A stretch of DNA of 64,000 bases from Antedon mediterranea (lineage: Eukaryota; Animalia; Echinodermata), in NCBI RefSeq assembly GCF_964355755.1, contig NC_092672.1, forward strand, positions 32,990,437-33,054,436, in the 5' to 3' direction. A model generated the notes under the pieces. It made no database searches. It saw only the letters and a list, made by a program, of their open reading frames with translations, and was not told the DNA's origin. This document shows, piece after piece, positions 35,232-47,730 of the stretch (position 1 is its first letter; every line of letters begins with the position of its first letter). Position numbers and translations under genes: made by a program.

Positions 35232-38200
35232 TAACTGCAGTAGATACATTTCATTTTTCGTTTAATCTTTAACCTGTCAATACACACTGTTTATTGCAGT
35301 GACCCACTCATAGTGGCAAAGTAAAATAATACCTTTACAGTGAAGTATTACTGCAGTAATTGCAGTAGAATAATTTTGACATGATCCTATACCTACCTAA
35401 TTGTTCCCAACATCGACACCTTAAATTAAATTTAACAGCCATGTCTTTTTGAAATAAAATAATAACCAAAAAAATAACTGCAAACCTATGGATCGTTTTT
35501 ATCATTATAAAGTATTTAGTTCCCTTCCCCCCCCCCCCCTTTTTTTCTATAATGCTTGATCTCTCCCTGCATTAAAGCAATTCCAAATTAAATATTATCC
35601 ACAAATTACTCAAAATGTTGGAAATTCCAAGAATTTATTTTATCGGACAAGTAAGATTTCATAAATGTATCCCAAATTAATCATCAATAATTTCTATTTG
35701 TAAACACTGATCAAAAGATTACAATTGTAACCTCTTCAACTAGGAAGGAAAGAGGTTTGGTCACCATGGTTATGTCTCAGCAATACATCCCCAATGACAA
35801 ACGATTTTGATGGCTACCAAATATGGTAATGGCCAAAAATGAAAGCTTTTTTTTTTTCTAAAAATGATTTGCCATCTCCGGAAAATTGATCGATGCATTT
35901 GTCAATCAAATGGTTAATATTTTTTTTATACAAAAAGAAAAAAAATGCTTTGAGTTTTGATGTCAAGTTTTTAACTGGTGGAATAAATATCGGGGGCGGA
36001 TAATTTTGAATGGCGAAAATTATGTGGTGGTTGACAACAAAAATAACTTCTTTTCCCTCGAAAAATTGGAATTGTACGTGAAATTTTAATTTTTTTTAAT
36101 AAACTTATTTTAAAGGCATTTTTAATTTTAATTTAATATTATATAAGTTTATAGACATCAATTTGGCAGCTTGCCATAGGAAATTTAACAAATATGCACA
36201 ACCAGGAAATATGAAGTTGTGATGACTGGTGGAATAGCGGGTGCAATATATATGTCAATGTTGCTTTAGGTATGGTTGATTCCCAGGGACTCCGCTGCAC
36301 AAGCAGTGCTCACAACGTGAGTGCAGGTATTTGTGGTTTCTCGCTGCTACAGAAGTCCAATAGCCATCAATAAATTTTCACTAACTTAAGTTTAGATGAT
36401 GTATCGTCCACCACAAACATGAGAAATTATTTTTTTTGTCAAACTAGTTTGATAGTGTAGACAGAGCTTTACCGATGTCTTTTGAGGTTGAAACGAACAC
36501 AAAATGTAACTGTACAGGTAAAATGATATTAAAAAAATAAATTGTATAATATAGAAAGCATTTAAATTAAAAAGACAAACAATTACATTTAATTAAAATG
36601 ATATCTCATTTAATAATTACCTTTACCCTAGTGATTAAAAAAACAATTTGGTTTCATATAAATATTTTTTTCATAATAAAATGCACCTTATTTATCCTAG
36701 GCATAGCACTTATATATATCCCAGGCATAGCAGCAATAAATGTAAGGCCTATACATTTGAAATCATCCTCCAGGTGGGCCAAATAGGTATTGGCGACTTT
36801 TTTAACATTACAGTAAATTTGGCAATGCAGTTTCTAAATTTTAAAACTCCTTTGGCATGTATCGATGGAAGACAAATCAGAAATTAAACTTACTGTTACT
36901 TTTTCAATCAAATCTAATCATTTTAGAAAAAAGGGGTTTTTTTTGGTAGATGGTAATTTTGAAGATGTATTGTCCCCAAAAATATGAAAGATGAAGATTA
37001 ATAAAATCAGATTTAAATAGCCCATTTTCCGCAGAAAAAATTGAACCCCCAAAATAATATAATAATAATAATGTCTTCACTAAAATGACAATAAATGGAT
37101 AAATTCAACAAAAATCTATTGGCTATTTTTTACTATAAATTACAGTTTTTTTCAGGGAAATAATTTTTTTTTTCCAATTCAATTTTCCGTCAAAATGAAT
37201 AACTATTGTGTGACATTAAATTAATTAATTAATTAATTAATACAATACATCTTAAATTAAAAAAAAATTAACAAAATACAGTAGATATTATATTTAGTAA
37301 ACACTAGAAAATATCACTGAAAATGTATTAAAGATGGAAATTAAAATAAAAAGGGTCAACCAGACGACCCTCATGGATCCATTTTTTAGGTAATTTTTTA
37401 GGTAATTTTTTATTATGTCTTTCACATTTCCATATGTCCTTTTTATGATCCTTGTTCACTTTCACATCTCCGATTTCTCTTGCAGTGGACCCCATTGGAA
37501 ATAAATTGACTTGTCGATTTTATGGGTCGTCCCTGCATCCAATCACTTTGGTTTTATTCAATTATAATATTTCAATTGTTTGTATTTTGTCTTTGTTATG
37601 TATTTTAAATGTATTGTTGAATGGATGCCGAATGAATAAATAAATAAATAAAAAATCCATTTTTTAATAGAGAAAAAAAATATATATGTTTCATACAACA
37701 TGAATGTTTATATTAAAATCTATTAAAAATAGGGTATGCACAATCCTAGCCAGATTACATATGGCTATGAATAATGTATATCTAAAGATTGAATAAATTG
37801 ATATGGAATAAAAAAAAAATGGTTTATAATTGGTTTTATTAATGTTAGTGAGACGTGTTGTAATCTATCTCTATATAGATCATCTATGATAACAATGGCT
37901 GTATTGTTATTTAAATGAGTCCGCTATAGCACATGGGCTGGGTATCATTTTCAATGAAAACTATGCATGTGTAAATCCAACAGGCCTGTTCGCAATTGTT
38001 TTTGGTCGATACTTAGGAAGCGTCTCATGTACGCTGTGGGATGTTACAATACAATTTGAACGTGAAAGGATTAACAAAATCATTTCACACTATTCAAATC
38101 GTGGTTGTGCAGATTTTCTTATCTTATTTATAACTTAAAATAAATTTCCAGTCCTGTGTACCACTGGACAGTTTCTCTGCCTGAAAATAAATGCAAGTCT

Positions 38201-38904
38201 GGAATATGTAATGTTAAACAACTGCAGTACCAGTAGTATGTATGCTATGATTTTAAGAACCTACATACACATTTGAGAAAAGAAAAATATTAGAAAAATG
38301 TTTTAGTTAATAAAAAAAAACAAAAAACATTGTTTTTTGTTTCTACAAAAATTCTACCATTCATGTTTTTGGTAAAACTGAAAAAAAAATCATATTAAAT
38401 ATTTTAATCATAAATAGAATATATACATAATTTTACATAATGTATATTATAGTATTATATAAAACTCCATAAGTAGTATAATATATTAAATTATATCTTT
38501 TAAATATTTACAAGCTGTGTTTTCACTTAAAATAATTTACATGCATGTACTCTTTGTTTGTAATAATAATAATGCGACATTTATATAGCGCTATTTCGTA
38601 ATATGTTAACCTTTATAAATCCATAAAAAAATAAGTACAATCTAAATAGTATGCGATTGTCAGCTTAAAACGACAACGTAAAGTTGGAAGACATGCTTGA
38701 ATGAACATATAAAAATAGATTAAAATTGAAAAAAAAATGTAAATTTGTTTACCTTTGGCAAATTAATTAAATCCGTTATAAACAACAAATTTATTTAAAA
38801 TATATTTTCCATTGCTTATAAAGCAGCCTTATTTCAAATACAAAAAATATATAAGTGTAAAGTCATGTGACCTTTATTTAGTACTGTATTAACAGAATTA
38901 TGAA

Positions 38905-41900
38905 TCATAGGAGAGAAGTTGGATCACATCCAACCTCAACAACCTCTTCAGCTGCGGATTTCTGAACAGCACCTGTTGACGATGTCGCCCTCTGGTGTTC
39001 ACTCTTTGCCTCATGAATCGTAATTTCAGATAAACTTGCCGATTTGACTATCTCTGTTACTTTGGTTTTCTTATCGCATTCGTTTAAGAAGCTGTTGGCT
39101 GATTCACTTCGAGAAACTCCTGAGGACATCTTGGCAACTTTTTGAGATTTTGGTAAAAGAAGATCGCAGACATCGACTTTAGGATCTTCTTTTTCATTGG
39201 TGGCGCCCTTTGTTGCATCCTTCGCTGCGCCACCCATTTCACGTAGCAAAGGAGATGAACTCCGTTCAATCGTTTTTATCCCAATATGTGCTAGAATCTC
39301 ATCAATTTTTTCGGAATAATCTAGATGACCTCCGACCTGTGAACATTTAAAAAAATAAATCTACTTAAATGCTATAAACACAAAATCAATGTAATTATAG
39401 TAAATATTAAAACAAATATACCAAAATATGTATATTATTTTTTGGCCTATTTGAAGTTTGTGAACTAAATTATGACTATGCCTACTCTTGTATTAGTATG
39501 TAATTTTTTTATTTATTTATTCTTTACATTGTGTAGCCTCTTCAGTCAAGGACAGTTCACCCAGAGGGCCCATACCAGTGTATAGTACTATGATGAATTT
39601 GTGACAGTGGCTGTGTGTGTGTGAACTAGTACACCGGGGTAACCCCCTACCTGTATTGAAAGATATACTAGGTTCCTCTAAAGTGGTTATAATTCCAGAT
39701 GTGTACACTGGACATTTTATAGTTTTTATAGTTTATAGTCCTTATCCGAGAAGACTCGTTCTACCACCAGAACCATGGAGCAAATGATCCTCGAAACCCC
39801 TTGCCGATGTTATGGCTATGTATTACGGTTTCCCTGTCTTAACCACTCGGGTTAAGCACTCACTCATTTGTGAATTGTTTTCAACAAGTTATTTTGAAAA
39901 CTGTAATTACAGTATCTACAAGCAAAAGTTCCTTTGTTATGTTTATTACTACTTTTCCTAATCAATAAACAATAAACTTGTTTACTATATCAGTTAGGTC
40001 TATATTCTCCATCCGCCTGTTGTCCCAATTTACTGGGCCTAGGCCAGCTATGTTAGTAACTTGTACAGATGCAGTACGGTACACAAACTGAAGAAGCCAA
40101 TCTCCTCTGCAAAACAAATAAAAATTAGCTTACAGCTACTAAAATGCAGTTACTGCAGTAACTGCAGCAGAATTTACATGATCCTTTAATGGTACCTTTT
40201 ACAAAAGTATAATACCTGCAATAGCCATTAATGATTCTACCAGACACCACCTTTTCAAGCGGTTGCCATGACTTCACAGACGATGTTATTGGTGCGCCTA
40301 GCAGCACAACATTTTCTACAATTCCTTCTGAGCCTATGTAAAAAAAAAAAAAAAATGAAATAATGCATAGCTTTTTACACATAGTAAGAATGCACTATAG
40401 GCTTATAAAGCTCCGTCTACACTATCAAACTTTATGTGCCAAAAAAATGTGATGTGCTGATATATGGACATATCACTACCACATTTGGGCACATCACACA
40501 TTTTTTTTGTCAAAGTAGTTTGATTGTGTAAGATGACTTGCTGGTCAAATTAACTTTTTTTCATGTACAGGTACGCCACTCTTTTTACGATGCTTACCTT
40601 TACGTATGGACAACTCTTGCAAGGCAGAGAAGATAACTCTAGCACCCATACTAAAACCGATAAGAGTTACAGGACGTTTTCCCTAAAAATAAAAGTGGAT
40701 TTTTAAAACATTTATCATTATTAATGAGCTAAAATTAACATGCAACATAAAATTATGAAAATGAAAATCATTCATTCCTTACCTGAAGCCTTTGCAGTAG
40801 TACCTCAGCCAACTCCTTCCCTGTCTCAACAGACCTTCTTGTGACGAGACTCCAGGGATTGTCAATCGCGGAGAGGGCGCCGTAAGCTGCTGCTGGCAAT
40901 GCGATGGCAGCGAGAAGACCTATAATAAATTTATCATTAAATTTATGATCCAGTTTATTAATTTATGATTAATATTGCAATGTCTGCAAAATTCACTAAA
41001 ATTTGTACAAATATTTTGACATCAGATATCTGGCACTCACCCGCCAGTACAGTGTACTTCAGCGCCTCTTTTGCTGCCATTGTCATCACGCTATCCATTA
41101 TGTACTCAAGGCCATCTCCGAGATTCTTCAGGTACTTAGATTCCCATTTAAGTGTATACTGTTCCTTGGACTCTGCCAGAGCTAGCCATGGCACGGTAAA
41201 GTTGTCTAAATGAAACAACATTAAAAAACTAGGGATATAAATTGTATGTTTCTTTAGGCATTAGACAACAAAAGTGTGTTGTGTCCAAATATGGTAGTTA
41301 TATGCCCAAATATGGTAGTAAAATATGACATCATCATGTCCACATATGGGCACATCACAAAGTTTGATACTTGATAGTGTAGACAGAGCTTTAAACCCAA
41401 GTCTTCGAGAGTGGAGTTGTTTTTGCCAGGATGACAAAATCGTAAAAAAACTAAAGAATCTTCGACTCCGACTACTTTTGTCTTTTACCTAAACGGTCTT
41501 TTGTAAGCCAACCAGAAACGGCAATGACCACATGCAAATCCTTGCCCTTTCCTAACGAGGCAAATTCAAACTCCTCGATAGCACCAACTCTTCTCTTCAT
41601 TTTGTACCCTAAAAAGAAAATAAAGCTATTTATAATTCGTTACTGTAAGTTTTGACTTGCTTCAATTCTCTAGTTATCATTCCTTTATGAACTCCACAAT
41701 TTGTAGTTTTGATTCGTAGGTATGACACGCAATTTATGGCAAAATGTTTTTATCAATAACATGTTGAAGCGCCGCCTAGAACCTATACTACTGTATGTTA
41801 TGCAGTTGACTATTCTATTTTTTATTAGTAACAAATTATAATTTGTATGATCCGTTCTTTCCTACCTCCAAGACCAGCACCAGCAGCTCCAAACATAGAC

Positions 41901-44900
41901 ATCATTATAGCTAGGCCCGCAGTGGTACCAAGAAAGGCTGCACCCGAACCAAACAGAGCTACACCAGCTGTGGCGACTAGTGGAGCAGCAAGTCCTCCAG
42001 TTAGGCCTAAAAGTAAAACACAATACTATTATATTTAAAAACAACAAACATCCATATTTCTTCATCATCATCCAATTTCTTTTTTTTTGGCACAGAGATA
42101 AAATTGTCAGGGAATGCAAAAGTAATTAAGATTAACTAAAATATATAAATAATATATTTTGATGTGTATATATATAAAAATACTCTTACCAATAAGAGCG
42201 CCACCCCCGACAGTTGCTGCACCAATAGCAAAATATCTCTTTACTTTTGTGCGCTTTGAACGTTTTTCTTTTTCAGCTTTTTGTTCCCTGTCAACAGAAA
42301 TGATAAAATATATATTAGTTCATCATTTGGAAATGCAAGAGTTACCCCTGACTGTCTTATCAGCCTATACGTTTTTAAAGCCTATTCCATGGAGGCTCAA
42401 AACAAAACATTCTATACTCAGTTTTAAGTACTTCATTATATCACAAAAATCTGTACAACACAAGTGTAAATTGTTATTGAAGTCAATATCAAAGAATTTA
42501 TCAATCAAAAACTGAACTAGAAATGAAACTATAACGTTTAATTACTCGGTTTCAATGATTTCTTCTTGCTCGAAGCTTTCAACGATCATGTCTTCAAAGC
42601 TGTTAACGTCTTCTCTAGGTACGGCCATTAACTCGGCAATATGAAAGATGATGAACCTTGATCTTGCATCATAATTTCCTTTTTCTATAGTAATTCCCAA
42701 AAGATCCTATAATTCAAATATTATTCATCGATTTGGTTATTAAGTTTTGTCCATAAAATCATTAAAAAACATTGATGGCATGATATGTCCAGTATCATAG
42801 GTAAATTCAGAATACAGTGTCACATATGTGCTTCCTGTATTATGACAAGGTTCAGCTTATTGCCTATGATACGGTGTAATATGTGATACACGGGACACTG
42901 TATCACAGAATTTTCCTATGACACCGTAAATGATAGATAGGCCTACAGTACGGCAAATCGAATAATATTACTGACCTGTGCAACAATGCTTGGATTGTCT
43001 TTGATCATCCAATCATCTTTGAGTATTTCAACATACGCATTAGCATGCAGCGGTCTCAAGTCTTCATGCAAAAACTGAACCATTGTCTTCTCAACTCCCC
43101 TCTTCGCTTTTAAATGTTTACATAGGGCTTTGATATAGTTATCTTTCCAACTCCTGGAAAAGAAAATTTAACAAAAATATGTTGCTATAAAGTTTGCGGT
43201 ACACCATGTTTATTTAGTTCTGAAATGATTTCGAGTCACTACAATAAACAGTGTGTATGTAATTGCACTTATTAAAAACAACTTGTTAAATAATTGCATA
43301 AACAGGTTAAAGAATAATGTTAGTTACTGCAGTAAAATAGTTTGACATGGTAAGTTATAACAAAAGTTGTAATAAATAATAATTAAACATACTTGTGCCA
43401 TTGGTCACTGAAAGTTGTTGCCAACGCAACAGCAACCAACGAAATATAAGCAAACTCTCCAGTCTCTGTTAAGATGTCAGACATCCCCATGCCTTTCTCT
43501 GCCAATTCAACAAGAGGTGTTTTTTCTTTCTTCGTCTTCCCTGCTGCTTCAGTAACTTTGGCAGAACAGACTTCATTTTCCTGTTGAGGTGGTTTCTCAC
43601 ATGAAGGTGCATCTTTAGATTGTGCTGCAACTGTATTCCCTGCCTCTGGTTTTGATTGAGCTTTTATTTGGTCATGACCAGCATTCTCTGCCTCATCAGG
43701 TTTTGACCGAGATTCAACATCAAGGAGGGGATGCCATATTTTGACATCACTGTTCTTTTCTGCTTCTACCTCTACCACAACTGAATTCTTTGTTTTTTCC
43801 TTTTTATTTTCTTGGACAGATATTTTTTCTTCTTCTTGTGAAACTAAATCTTTATTTTCAAGGTTAAGAAGAGGATGCTGTATTTTGACATCACTGTTCT
43901 TTTCTGCTCCTTCATCTGCCATAACTGAATTCTGTGATTTTTCCTCTTTGTTTTCTTGAACAGATAATTTTTCTTCTTCTTGTGAACCTAAATCTATATT
44001 TTCAAGGTTAAGAAGAGGATGCTGTATTTTGACATCAATGTTCTTTTCTGCTCCTTTATCTGCTACAACTGAATTCTTTGTTTTTTCTTTGTCAGCGTTA
44101 TGAAGAGGATGCTGTATCTCCTCTTTCAAATCGCTGGTTTCCTCATTATCTTTTGAACACATTGCTTCTATGGCAAGCTCACAGGCACTTGGTGGAACAT
44201 TTGGTTGTAAGGTTTTTTCCATAAGTTGTTTATCAGACGCTGCCTCCTTTTCATTATCCTTGGCTTCGATGTGTTGCATATTTGATAGCTTTTTACGGTG
44301 GTCTGTAGTTTCATTTTCTAAATCAGTTGCCTCACATTCTTCATTATTTTTAACTTTATTACCTTTTGAAGTAGTTTCGTCAATTGGTATTGTTTCATTT
44401 TCTAAAATAGTTGCATCACAATTTCCATAATTCTCTCCTCTACTAAATTGAGTCTGTTGAGCTTCCTTTTCTGAATCAGTTGCAACATCATGATCTTCAC
44501 AATCATCTTCATCAACTTGAGTTTTTAGAGGATTTTTATTTTGGTCAGTCTGGTGCGCTTCTTTTTCAAAATTAATAGAATCAAGGTTTTCATTTGTAAC
44601 TCTTCTTTGACCCCTTTGTTCTTCTTCTTGTTCTTGCTGTTCATTAAGGTCATCTGACATCATAATCTCATCAGTAGAGGTGCTTTCAGTGCATTCCATA
44701 CTGACATCTTCATTCGGAGGTCTTAATAGGTTTTCATTATCATTTTTGTCTACTGCTTTACAATCAATTTTACTAGCTGTTGTATCTGTCTTGACTTGAG
44801 CATGTTGGATTTGAGATTTCCCAGTGATCTCACCATTAACTTCTTTGGTAACAACATTCTCAACTTCTGCACTATTCTTTGAATTTTCTTCTATGCATTC

Positions 44901-45014
44901 TGTATTTACATGTGTATCTTGTTTGGAAGAGTATGTTCCTTCTTTGTTGAATTCTGATTGTTCAGAATTAACAGCAGCTTCCAGTAAATTACAATTTACA
45001 TCATCAGTTTCCAT
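38905..45014 (-). CDS. TMCO4: TMCO4-like (DUF726 alpha/beta hydrolase) with long acidic N-terminus (~1125 aa)
   Basis: 12 exons in phase: 45014-43393, 43153-42976, 42706-42546, 42287-42190, 42006-41866, 41608-41489, 41205-41041, 40919-40783, 40682-40598, 40333-40216, 40106-39986, 39336-38905. Motifs YDARSR, GLTGGLAAP, IDNPW, RPVTLIGFSMGAR, VVLLGAP, GHLDY. Confidence 0.92.
39515..39866 (-). mobile_element. tRNA-derived SINE, roughly full length, in the last TMCO4 intron
   Basis: Shares CCATGGTTCTGGTGGTAGAACGAGTCTTCTCGGATAAGGACTATAAAC with 62437-62592; A-rich tail. Confidence 0.8.
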
Positions 45015-45064
45015 GTCTATAATTAAAGAATAATGTCATACAAATATTAAAAATAATTGTACTA

Positions 45065-45701
45065 TACTAGGCCTAGGCCTATTATCATTTCTTTGACGTC
45101 ACTTGAGTACTACAAACCGTTATCTTGCTAATTATTATCTAATGAAAGTAGGCCTACTGTATCCATGGAGGTATAAAATAATATATAATTTTATACCTCC
45201 ATGCTGTATCTAGACCTATTAGGTTAATTATTAATATTATATTAAAATTGTTGATTAATGAATTAATGAGTTGGAATTTTTTCTGGCTTTGGGTTTAATT
45301 AACCAATCAATGTATGGCATAAAAAACCGGCTCTTGGACTACTTAGTACTAGCTTTATAGGCTACTATTATTATTATTATTAGTATTATATGGAGGTACA
45401 GTAGGCCTACTCGTCCTCTAGCTAGGGCCTAACTAGTAGTCTAGGCCTAGCTAGGCTAGTAGGAGGCCCCAGTAGGCCTATTATTACCTAGGCCTAAAAA
45501 TATAATATATAACCTACCTAGGCCTAGTAGTAGTAGTAGGCTACTACTAGGCCTAGCTAGAGGCCCCGGCCTAGGTAGGCCTAGACTAGCTTAGGCCTAC
45601 TAGGCCTACTAGATACTGATAGAGTAGTTGGCCTGTCCCCTGCTGCTGGCCCCGATACCCACTAGGCCTAGGCCCCCTACCTAGCTAGCCTAGGCTAGGC
45701 C

Positions 45702-45743
<42 letters not shown>

Positions 45744-45890
45744 GCCTAGGCCTAGTAGTAGTAGCCTAGTCTAGGTAGGCCTTAGTTAGGCCTAGCTAGC
45801 CTAGCTAGTACGTAGCCTTGATTAATAGAAGGAGGATTACTAGCCTGGCCCTATCACTAACTGCAGGTACAAACTGGCCTAGGCCTAGAC
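45065..45890. repeat. TAGGCCTA/(TAG)n tract in the putative first intron of TMCO4
   Basis: Same vocabulary as 20650-21057, including (TAG)~14 at 45701-45745; minus donor AAG|GTAGGC near 45994. Confidence 0.9.
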
Positions 45891-46298
45891 AATTAAACTA
45901 ACTGCTAACACTAAACATATGTATATCTAAATGGCGATAAAGCAATACTTTTTATTATCTTATTATGCTTTTAGCATAAAAAACGTACGCCTACCTTTCT
46001 CTTTCTCCCCTATTTCCTTTAAATCCGGCGAGTCACTCACTCTAATTTTATTTTAGTTATACGCCCTCTATAAAACAGCAAGTTTTTTACACGACGACGT
46101 AGAATCTCGTAGATTGTTCTTTATGAATATAATATTCAGAAAAAGTATATCACAGCAGAAACGATTAAGTGCAAAAAGGTCTTACGACCTGGTCTACAGA
46201 CCTTATATTTTTAATTTTATCATACAACTAAATAATAATTAAATACATCATGAGTGTACATAGCCTACTAGTAGGCCTACGTAATTGCTTGTACGTTA

Positions 46299-47225
46299 TA
46301 ATAATAATAATTTATTGGAAAATTCACTTTTACAACAGTGGCACACTTTGATGATAAAGGTGCGTCCAAATAATAACATACAAGAATAAATAAAATTATT
46401 AACTTAAAAATAAATCAAAATGAATGAATGAAATACAAAACATAACTCTAATAATTAAATACTTTAAATCAAAATAAATAAATAAAACAAACTTGAGAGG
46501 AATAAAAATAAATAAAAATGTTTAGATACACACAAAATAAATAATAAAATTAATTTCATGGTATGAATCAAAATAAAGAGTATAACGGTGTGTGTAATAC
46601 TCAACACTAAGGCATAATAAATAAAATAAAAAGACAAAGATTACGAAACAGAAATCAAAATGACACACAAAAGTTGAAAAGCAGTTCAAAACACAACAGC
46701 ATTGACGTTATAAGTTTAAAAGAGCACAACGTTTCTTCCATAAAGATTTAGCCAATGATTTACAGAATTTGTCGATTAAAGACTTAATATTATTATCAAA
46801 TAAATCATGGTCATTGCCTAGAATAAGAAGGGTTTTGTTGAATAAATCTAAATTCTGAAAATAGTCAAAGAGATAAAAAGATTACATTCCAAAAGTTCTT
46901 GTTGGAATTTAGCAATTTGGTTTTTTCTCTCTTCTTCTAGAGTGGTACATGTTAGGAGAAAGTGCATAATGGTTTCTTCTTCATTTCTGTTGCACAATTT
47001 ACAACAACCATTAGCATTAGGGTCATTTGACCATTTAGATGTTTTTCTTTCAAGGGGAAGGGTGTTTGATCGCAGCTTAAATTTTAACGATGCTCCTTCA
47101 GAGTCAATTTTATCAAGTAGATACTGTTCAAGTTTTGGTTCATTTTTTATATACATATAATGTTCAATTGACGTTTTACATTTACCGTCTTCAACCCAAT
47201 GCGAGAGAGCTAGATTTTTCATAAT
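46299..47225 (-). mobile_element. 5'-truncated non-LTR retrotransposon 3' end (RTE-X-like)
   Basis: C-terminal KLRSNTLPLE...CKLC-x5-ETIMHFLLTC zinc knuckle, frameshift near 46850, end ...LWKKR, 3' UTR, AATAAA plus (TTA)n tail. Confidence 0.8.
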
Positions 47226-47730
47226 TATTTTTGTTTTGTTCCATGGATTCGGTCCATGCTTAATGTACTGTTACCATAATGCCGATACATACTGTATACT
47301 ATTTTGTAGGAAAACGAAAAAATTAAATAGTACAACTGCGTCGTATATCCATATTCGATGTGAACACTAACTGACAAATTGTTATTAGTTACAATTGTAG
47401 GCATAAAATACATAAACAGTAATCCAAGGATTGAATTTACACGATTCTTTTTTTCAGAGACCGCTACAATGTGAACGGTAATTCTGATTGGTTAAATAAA
47501 GTTGCATAGTCACACCTAACAGTTTTTATTGGGTAATTGTTTTGTGTACCTTGTGTTCACTGAACTGTATCAAATTCAACCAAAGTAAAAACAACCCAGG
47601 GCGTCAGGAAGCTATCAGCAGGAAGGTCCAGTAGGCCTAGCCATTCTTACATTGTCCGGCGATAGTCTTTCTTTAACTTCATATATTTGACCAATAATAA
47701 TTTTATAATTTTCCAAATTGAATATTGCTT

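Noticed and set aside
30591-35272. Duplicated short ORFs in the foldback element as a transposase
   Set aside because: No DDE or DNA-binding motif recognised; recurrence is explained by the inverted and tandem repeats
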